Shown here: in pieces, positions 8,473 to 14,456 of the stretch
Layout: each line of letters starts with the position of its first letter
How positions within the stretch are numbered: the stretch's first letter is position 1
The notes under the pieces: model-generated
What the model was told of the DNA's origin: nothing
What the model saw: the letters and a program-made list of their open reading frames with translations, nothing else
The model's database searches: none
IMG/VR virus record: IMGVR_UViG_3300028392_000060
Location: 9,471-73,470 of that record
Reading direction: 5' to 3' (one strand)
Length of the DNA stretch: 64,000 nt
From: a virus
Program-made: the position numbers and the translations under genes

Positions 8473-8481
8473 TTATTCTAC

Positions 8482-8617
8482 TTACTAGCCAGTAATTCCA
8501 TATTTTGAGACGCTCAAGCGGTGTGATAAATATCACACGACACGCCCGAAAGATGAATTTTAGATGAATTTTAATCCACACGTAATCCACAGACACGCCC
8601 GACCTCGGGGGCGCGGC
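8482..8617. promoter_or_regulatory. dense operator array ending in GC-rich element copy 3
   Basis: TTACT-N4-AGTAA 8482-8495; TTCCATATTTTGAGAC 8496-8511; TGTGA-N6-TCACA 8522-8537; CGACACGCC; (AGATGAATTTT)x2 8551-8572; TAATCCACA x2; element 8592-8617. Confidence 0.75.
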
Positions 8618-8682
8618 AAAAAATTTGCAGCTTTTTAATTCTGCAAATCTTTTTTATTTTTATTTATTTTTATTTATTTTTT

Positions 8683-8796
8683 TTATTTAAAATTTTTAAA
8701 AATTTCTTCAACAATTTTTAACTGTTCATCGTTAAGATGTTCAATTTGAATTGCATCTGCAAATCCAAAAATATCTTTTTGATTTTCATTAGTCAT
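8683..8796 (-). CDS. small hypothetical protein MTNENQKDIFGFADAI... (37 aa)
   Basis: Read by hand; overlaps the stop of the upstream gene. Confidence 0.5.
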   Translation of the reverse strand: MTNENQKDIFGFADAIQIEHLNDEQLKIVEEIFKNFK

Positions 8797-8983
8797 TGAA
8801 ACATGCTTCCCAAAAACGATCCGCATCAAAATTTGGATTATCGTTTTCAAAAATTGTTATGAAACGATTTACCAAACCATTTTCAAATTCATTTGTAAAA
8901 GATGGGCGGGTTTCCAAATTATTTTCTTTTAAATAATCATTAAGGATTTTAGCCGTAGCGATATAAGTTTTTCTAGTCATCAT
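8789..8983 (-). CDS. small protein, MMTRK family paralogue 1
   Basis: ORF track; paralogous to 10012..10191. Confidence 0.75.
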   Translation of the reverse strand: MMTRKTYIATAKILNDYLKENNLETRPSFTNEFENGLVNRFITIFENDNPNFDADRFWEACFND

Positions 8984-9076
8984 TTATTTATTCTCTTCAA
9001 TCTCATCTAGTAGTTCCCAAAGAATTGGCTCTAACGCTTTTGCGCTTTCATCTAATTTTTCTTGTAGTGTTTTCAT
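8984..9076 (-). CDS. small hypothetical protein MKTLQEKLDESAKALEPILWELLDEIEENK
   Basis: Read by hand; exactly fills the gap between adjacent genes. Confidence 0.6.
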   Translation of the reverse strand: MKTLQEKLDESAKALEPILWELLDEIEENK

Positions 9077-9283
9077 TTATTTATAGTATTCCATTTCTGT
9101 TAGTAAGTGAGCATAACCATCTTTATTAGACTTTAGCGATAATTCGCAAGGCTCGCATTTCCATTCATATTTTAATGTTCTACCTGTTCCCAATGTTGCA
9201 ACAGCCCAATGGGTCATTTTACGAGAACACACAGGGCAGTAGCAAGAAATTTCTTGCCCTAGCCCACCAATTTTAATAGTCAT
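9077..9283 (-). CDS. small Zn-ribbon protein
   Basis: CPVC...CEPC. Confidence 0.7.
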   Translation of the reverse strand: MTIKIGGLGQEISCYCPVCSRKMTHWAVATLGTGRTLKYEWKCEPCELSLKSNKDGYAHLLTEMEYYK

Positions 9284-9477
9284 TATTTAACCACGCTTTC
9301 TTTAAATTCTTTTTGATTACAAGTTAAGGCAAGGATTTCACCCTTAGCATTTACGATACGAGCATTTACTATATCGTGTTCATCACTAACATTAGTGATT
9401 TCATTTATTAGGTAATTCTCATTTTTCCAAATAAAGAGACACCCTACGAATAATTTATTTATAAGTGTTAAAGTCAT
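9283..9477 (-). CDS. hypothetical protein
   Basis: ORF track 9283..9495; coupled start at MTLTL. Confidence 0.6.
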   Translation of the reverse strand: MTLTLINKLFVGCLFIWKNENYLINEITNVSDEHDIVNARIVNAKGEILALTCNQKEFKESVVK

Positions 9478-9671
9478 TAGATACACACCACGCATTCACA
9501 CTTAGGGGCATTAACAGATAATAAAATTTTTAACAACGCTTTACGCTGTCCAAAATTTAAGCCATAAGTGGATTTACACCCACCATTATTAAAATCGTGT
9601 ATGATACGATTTTCTAATTCCGCACTAATATTTAGTGCCTTACCTATATTTATTTTATTTAGTGTAGTCAT
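9477..9671 (-). CDS. hypothetical protein
   Basis: ORF track; RBS GAAAGGTGG; WhiA-type promoter upstream. Confidence 0.7.
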   Translation of the reverse strand: MTTLNKINIGKALNISAELENRIIHDFNNGGCKSTYGLNFGQRKALLKILLSVNAPKCECVVCI

Positions 9672-9706
9672 CTTAGACCACCTTTCTTTATTGTTTAACT
9701 ATCGTT

Positions 9707-9747
9707 AGTTTAGCAGACTTTCTGCCGAAAATCAAGGCGACACGCCG
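9707..9747 (-). promoter_or_regulatory. sigma-A-type promoter with WhiA-type motif
   Basis: CGGCGTGTCGCC-TTGATT-N17-TAAACT. Confidence 0.7.
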
Positions 9748-9860
9748 TAGATTTCTAACTTTTTTTTCTATATTTAATTTTCTATAATGGAATTGTAACA
9801 TAAAAAATCGCTACTGTCTAGTATACTCGTGAGTAGTCTCAATATATGGAGCGTGGGCTT

Positions 9861-9929
9861 TGTGATAAAAATCACAAAGATTTTTTTAATCGTACGTAAA
9901 TGCGACACGCCCGACCTCGGGGGCGCGGC
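9861..9929. repeat. CRP/Rex-like box and GC-rich element copy 4
   Basis: TGTGATAAAAATCACA 9861-9876; element 9903-9929. Confidence 0.85.
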
Positions 9930-9935
9930 GAAAAA

Positions 9936-9949
9936 CGAACAGATGTTCG
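9936..9949. promoter_or_regulatory. LexA (SOS) box, Gram-positive/actinobacterial type
   Basis: CGAACAGATGTTCG matches CGAAC-N4-GTTCG. Confidence 0.8.
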
Positions 9950-9976
9950 CATTAAAAAAATAGCTGTAAAAAAAAT

Positions 9977-10005
9977 TAAGCAGTTTTAAAACTTACTTAG
10001 GTTTT
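9977..10005 (-). ncRNA. compact pseudoknot motif, copy C
   Basis: AAAAC-C-TAAGTA-A-GTTTT-AAAAC-TGCTTA. Confidence 0.65.
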
Positions 10006-10011
10006 TATTTT

Positions 10012-10191
10012 TTAAACGTTTAAATTTTTAAAACACTCTTCCCAAAATCTATCGCTATCAAATCTTTCGTTATCAGCGAAAAACATTTCGGAAAAATCAT
10101 TTACTAAATCTTCAAACACTTCTAATTTCATTTCGCCACCATAAGAATTTAAAATCTCTGCGGTTGCTACGTAGTCTTTTCTTGTCATCAT
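10012..10191 (-). CDS. small protein, MMTRK family paralogue 2 (59 aa)
   Basis: Read by hand: MMTRKDYVATAEILNSY...FFADNERFDSDRFWEECFKNLNV; RBS AAAGGA. Confidence 0.8.
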   Translation of the reverse strand: MMTRKDYVATAEILNSYGGEMKLEVFEDLVNDFSEMFFADNERFDSDRFWEECFKNLNV

Positions 10192-10317
10192 TTTTGTTCT
10201 TTTCCTTTTCTTTAGTTAATAGATTAAGTGGGGCATAGGTTGATTACGGAGACTTACTCGCACTCTTGCCTTAAGACTCAGCGAAGCCCGACCCACTTAA
10301 TTATATTTATTATAGCA

Positions 10318-10488
10318 TTACTTAGATGTTTTAACCATTGCTAAACGCTTTGAGCCATTTGCTAAAGTTAAACCAACACGAGTTACTTTGTTAGAAATTG
10401 GAGCGAAAGAATTTATTCGTCCAGTAATTCCAGTTGTTGATGTTGTGAATAAATCACCGATTTGGTAAGTGTATCCTTGTATTGTCAT
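10318..10488 (-). CDS. small beta-rich protein, TYQIGDLFTT family paralogue 1 (56 aa)
   Basis: Read by hand: MTIQGYTYQIGDLFTTSTTGITGRI...; RBS AAAGGA. Confidence 0.8.
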   Translation of the reverse strand: MTIQGYTYQIGDLFTTSTTGITGRINSFAPISNKVTRVGLTLANGSKRLAMVKTSK

Positions 10489-10520
10489 TTATTTTATATC
10501 CTTTTCTTTTGTTGGGTTGT

Positions 10521-10549
10521 TGAGCAGTTTTATATCTTGCTCAGGATAT
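10521..10549 (-). ncRNA. compact pseudoknot motif, copy B
   Basis: ATATC-C-TGAGCA-A-GATAT-AAAAC-TGCTCA. Confidence 0.7.
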
Positions 10550-10568
10550 TTAGGGTATTTCCCTAAAC

Positions 10569-10733
10569 TTATGCGAGTGAAACTGTTGTGTAACGCTCTG
10601 TTCCATCAACATCAAGCAGAACACGAGTTAGTGTTTTGCTAATTGGTTCAATAGCCTTGATAACGCCTGTTACCTTGCTTTTTTGTGTAGTGAATAAATC
10701 ACCGATTTGGTAAGTCTTGTTATTTATAGTCAT
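10569..10733 (-). CDS. small beta-rich protein, TYQIGDLFTT family paralogue 2 (54 aa)
   Basis: Read by hand: MTINNKTYQIGDLFTTQKSKVTGVI...; RBS AAAGGA. Confidence 0.8.
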   Translation of the reverse strand: MTINNKTYQIGDLFTTQKSKVTGVIKAIEPISKTLTRVLLDVDGTERYTTVSLA

Positions 10734-10765
10734 TTTTTTCCTTTTCTTTTGTTGTTGTTAGTGAT

Positions 10766-10787
10766 AGTCTACCATAGACTACCGACA
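10766..10787 (-). promoter_or_regulatory. PafBC/RecA-NDp-type promoter
   Basis: TGTCGG-tagtctatgg-TAGACT. Confidence 0.8.
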
Positions 10788-10795
10788 TTTGCTTT

Positions 10796-10981
10796 CTATC
10801 TTTGATTTAATAAAGATTTACAACCTGCGAAGGGGCATCTTATATGTTGCGCCCTATGGATTTTATAAGTATATTTTCCGACATTAGAAAGGCGGGGGCT
10901 ATGGTGAGTGCTACCATAAGCGGGGGCGGGAATTAGTAGTGCTATTAGAATTACTATAACTATTCTTTTAATCATTTCCAC
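10796..10981 (-). CDS. small secreted/membrane hypothetical protein
   Basis: Signal-peptide-like N terminus. Confidence 0.5.
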   Translation of the reverse strand: MEMIKRIVIVILIALLIPAPAYGSTHHSPRLSNVGKYTYKIHRAQHIRCPFAGCKSLLNQR

Positions 10982-11075
10982 CCCTTAACTTCTTTAGCCA
11001 TATAGTAAAACATCATACCAAAGAAAGGCAAAGATATCAACATTATAGCCCGTAGGGCATAGGTGAGATATATCA

Positions 11076-11258
11076 CTAGAGTACCTCATCTATATCAAAA
11101 TTATCTACGGCTAGAAAGACATCTGCCATTTCATCAGCGTCAGATTTAGCCTCTGCTAATTCATCTAACATAGTATCAAAGGTATCGGCAAGTGTTTCCC
11201 ACTTGTCTGTCTTTCTATCAAACGAATATGAGTAAGTCATTATTTGACCCCCGCACAA
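11076..11258 (-). CDS. small acidic hypothetical protein
   Basis: ORF track; likely start MTYSY at 11240. Confidence 0.6.
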   Translation of the reverse strand: MCGGQIMTYSYSFDRKTDKWETLADTFDTMLDELAEAKSDADEMADVFLAVDNFDIDEVL

Positions 11259-11383
11259 TTCATATTGCCACTTCCGAGAGTAGCATAAGCAGAAAGTGGT
11301 CTACCATTTTGATAGATGATTTTTTCACTACAACGAGAGCAGGTTGTAACCTGTTCGGTAGGTTGAGTAGGATTGTGTAACAT
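11240..11383 (-). CDS. small Cys-containing hypothetical protein
   Basis: 3' part of track ORF 11240..11473; RBS GAGGT before MLHNPT. Confidence 0.55.
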   Translation of the reverse strand: MLHNPTQPTEQVTTCSRCSEKIIYQNGRPLSAYATLGSGNMNCAGVK

Positions 11384-11444
11384 ATTAGTTACCTCTATTC
11401 TTTTAATTAGATTGAGAACCTTTCTCAATTTCTTTAATACTGTA

Positions 11445-11484
11445 ATTATAGCACACAAAATCGGAAAAGTCAAGCGACACGCCG
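11445..11484 (-). promoter_or_regulatory. strong sigma-A-type promoter with WhiA-type motif
   Basis: CGGCGTGTCGC-TTGACT-N17-TATAAT. Confidence 0.8.
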
Positions 11485-11648
11485 TTAATTACACGCTTGT
11501 AATTAGTGATATACACCACAAAACGCCCTATTTCTAGACATACTGGCGAGTAATGTCTAATATTCGGGCGCACTATTATTTTTTTATTTTTTTATTTAAA
11601 AAGTGTATCATGCATTTTAAAAATCCATTCACATTTTGACCAAATGTG

Positions 11649-11662
11649 GTTTCACGTGAAAC
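11649..11662. promoter_or_regulatory. parS site (ParB binding)
   Basis: Perfect 14-bp palindrome GTTTCACGTGAAAC in intergenic DNA. Confidence 0.85.
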
Positions 11663-11722
11663 AATTTTGAGGGGAGTGGCATAATGTTTTCTATTAACTA
11701 TCTTAGAAAAATATCGTGGCAT

Positions 11723-12583
11723 TTAAATCTTCAAATCCAAATCTGTAATGTAATAGGTTTCATAGAAGTTTTGAGAAATTCTACGATTTAATATATAGTA
11801 GAAAATCTGGCGGGATATAGAAAGCTCATCAAAATCAAAACTATCCAGATACTCTATAGCTATTTTAGCATCATTACTATCTATAGCATGTTTTCCATTA
11901 AGAGGACTGGCACTTATTTTATCAAAACACTTATTTACTATGCTAAGATCACGCAATATTTTGTCGGGAGACCAAGAATCTTCCCCCCGATCCCTTAAAG
12001 CTGGATAAATATGACATGGAGAAATAGCAAAAGTACCTCTTGTCCAATGTACATTAGGATATTTTGTTCTAATTACAGATTCTTCTTCTTCAAAATATTC
12101 TATAAGGCGTAAAACCCTAGAATTTTCATTTTTTATAGCATTTTTCCATCTTGTATCAGCAATATGTTGTTTTCCATTACGATTTCGTGATTGTGAAAAG
12201 ACAGGAAGGCGAGAAATTAAATCATTTGCTTTAATTTCTTTAGAATTATAAGACTTTCTCTCTATTTGATAATTAACTTCTTCTATAGAGGTTCTTTTTG
12301 GCCTAATTTTGCTTAATTCAGACAGTTCTGCATCTGTGCATGATAATAAATACTCATTTTGAGTATAATGAGCTTCTAAACCATATTGTAAGTGTTTAAA
12401 ACCAGATGCGGGGATTATAAAAAAATATTTATCAGTATAAATATGATAAGAATCTTCACTAGATACATGTAAATATTTAATATTGTGACATAAATCACTA
12501 ATTGGTTTCATTTTTCCTAATCCATAGTTGATATCCTGAATGAATAATTTCAATTTTATCTTTATAGCATGCAAGAAAAGCAT
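11723..12583 (-). CDS. hypothetical protein (start probably ~12511, MKPISDL)
   Basis: ORF track. Confidence 0.65.
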   Translation of the reverse strand: MLFLHAIKIKLKLFIQDINYGLGKMKPISDLCHNIKYLHVSSEDSYHIYTDKYFFIIPASGFKHLQYGLEAHYTQNEYLLSCTDAELSELSKIRPKRTSIEEVNYQIERKSYNSKEIKANDLISRLPVFSQSRNRNGKQHIADTRWKNAIKNENSRVLRLIEYFEEEESVIRTKYPNVHWTRGTFAISPCHIYPALRDRGEDSWSPDKILRDLSIVNKCFDKISASPLNGKHAIDSNDAKIAIEYLDSFDFDELSISRQIFYYILNRRISQNFYETYYITDLDLKI

Positions 12584-13070
12584 CTATAGCAATTTTTGGT
12601 TTTTGATACTCTGGGTATGGTGGAGGCCATCCATAATCATCAAATGCAATAATTCCTCCATGCTTTAAATTTTCAAAAGAATTTATTGCATCTTTTAAAA
12701 CTTGTGGAGCTAAATGGCTTCCATCTACATATATAAAATCATACATTGGGCGTGGGTATTTAAAAAACTCATCGCTAGTCATTTTATACTTGTTGATTGT
12801 ATTATTAGCAATATAAAGATCTAATTTTTCATTATAGATTTGCTCTACTTCATTAAAATTAAATCCCTCATGCTCCATAGATCCACTCCATGTATCTACA
12901 TCATCAAGGCGGGAATCTGGATGAGTCAATACATTCTCACATAACCATAAAGAACAATCTCCAGTATATGCACCTACCTGTAAAACATGTATAGGAGTTC
13001 CAGATAATGGAACTAATTTTTCTTTAAATGTAGACATCATTCCAGCAAACCAATTAGGATATTGATTCAT
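12498..13070 (-). CDS. class I SAM-dependent methyltransferase (Methyltransf_24-like)
   Basis: VLQVGAYTGD, DVDTW, YDFIYVDGSH, LKHGGIIAFDDY. Confidence 0.85.
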   Translation of the reverse strand: MNQYPNWFAGMMSTFKEKLVPLSGTPIHVLQVGAYTGDCSLWLCENVLTHPDSRLDDVDTWSGSMEHEGFNFNEVEQIYNEKLDLYIANNTINKYKMTSDEFFKYPRPMYDFIYVDGSHLAPQVLKDAINSFENLKHGGIIAFDDYGWPPPYPEYQKPKIAIDAFLACYKDKIEIIHSGYQLWIRKNETN

Positions 13071-13339
13071 TATTCTTTATCCATTTCAAATAGAGAGTCC
13101 TGCAGATCTTGATCTGCTGTTTCATCTTCAAATATAAAAGACGGGGCGGGAGCAAGAATCTGTCCAGATTCGTGTAAAGAGAACAATCCCTTAGCATCAG
13201 CACCTAATTTATCTGCAATAATAGATAACATATCATAATTTCTCTGTTCTTGTATAAATATAGCTCCTAGCAATTCACGGGTATTGGACAAAATATCCAA
13301 TATCTCCCTAGTTTCCAACTCTTCTCCTAGATTTCCCAT
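13070..13339 (-). CDS. hypothetical protein
   Basis: ORF track; coupled. Confidence 0.7.
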   Translation of the reverse strand: MGNLGEELETREILDILSNTRELLGAIFIQEQRNYDMLSIIADKLGADAKGLFSLHESGQILAPAPSFIFEDETADQDLQDSLFEMDKE

Positions 13340-13569
13340 ATATGTTCTCCTTTACTATTTAATATCTCTTTGGTTATATGATCCCATTTATTGGCTTCCA
13401 TTCCCGCCGAATTATTTATAACTAAATCCCCATCTTCATTATTTATAGTATACAGCCATTTAAAAGGGTGATCTAATTCTACCCTACCGATCAATATTTT
13501 GTCTACATGTATCTCAATAGCAAGATTTTGATCATCATTCTCATCATATGACTCTATATAGGCTTTCAT
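13327..13569 (-). CDS. hypothetical protein
   Basis: ORF track; coupled. Confidence 0.65.
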   Translation of the reverse strand: MKAYIESYDENDDQNLAIEIHVDKILIGRVELDHPFKWLYTINNEDGDLVINNSAGMEANKWDHITKEILNSKGEHIWEI

Positions 13570-13585
13570 TTCTACTTTTTCGGCC

Positions 13586-14452
13586 TCAATTGCTTTCCCG
13601 CACGAATGTGATAGCTCGTGAATTATGAATTAAAGATGTATGGCCAGTTTGTTGAGGAGTAAAATCTTCACCATGAAGATAAACTAAAGGTACATTCTGT
13701 TTTTCCAAAAATTCTATTAAATTGGGATTTCTTGTCATAGAGCCTAAAACTATAAGATCAAATTGATTTATATCTTCAGCATTTTTTAATCCGCTTATGG
13801 TATTGGCTTTAAGTACTTTAGAATAGCCAAATCCCCGCCCATAAAGAGTTTTTGTGTCCATTTGATAGTTGTCATATAAATAAGGAGTTATAAAAGCCTC
13901 TACGCACTTTTGTCCAAATAATTGCTTAAACCCTATTAAAGTCATTATACTTAGATAATCTTCAGTTTGAGGAAGTGATTGATCTATAAATAAAACATTT
14001 TTTGGAGTTACTTTTGCTGATTTCATAATATATTTTGCCATTGCGCTACATGTAAGGTTATTTATAAAATTAGCAGATATTAATTGTCTTTCTTCTACCG
14101 ACGGCGGCTCATTTGTTCGCTGAAAACGTTCGTATATATCCATATATAATTCTTTAAGATGATGAGTCATTGTGTATTTAGGTATTTGAACAGCATCTGC
14201 CATAAGTGGCATTGTTCCAGAAACCATAATTTCCAAATGACGCATACAATCCCAACCTGCTTTTTTCATTGTTACGCCATAATAAGATTTTTGATATTCT
14301 GCTAAATATAAAGATTCATCGCTATACGAATAAGAATTGCCAGGTACTATATCAGCTATTAATTTTTCCTTTATGTATAAATATGGAGTTTTTGGATAAC
14401 TAAAAGATATTGGATAATATCCATTTTCTTTATAACAATCTTCAAATATCAT
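13586..14452 (-). CDS. putative glycosyltransferase-like protein
   Basis: YL.EYQKSYYGVTMKKAGWDCMRHLEIM.SG.MP resembles a GT-B C-terminal motif; family uncertain. Confidence 0.55.
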   Translation of the reverse strand: MIFEDCYKENGYYPISFSYPKTPYLYIKEKLIADIVPGNSYSYSDESLYLAEYQKSYYGVTMKKAGWDCMRHLEIMVSGTMPLMADAVQIPKYTMTHHLKELYMDIYERFQRTNEPPSVEERQLISANFINNLTCSAMAKYIMKSAKVTPKNVLFIDQSLPQTEDYLSIMTLIGFKQLFGQKCVEAFITPYLYDNYQMDTKTLYGRGFGYSKVLKANTISGLKNAEDINQFDLIVLGSMTRNPNLIEFLEKQNVPLVYLHGEDFTPQQTGHTSLIHNSRAITFVRESN

Positions 14453-14456
14453 TTTT

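Noticed and set aside
4404-9929. GC-rich repeats as a CRISPR array
   Set aside because: Copies are over 1 kb apart and separated by genes; no cas genes seen
10862-10883. Eleventh PafBC-type promoter (TGTCGG-N10-TATAAA)
   Set aside because: Lacks the final T of the -10 element and lies within an ORF; not counted
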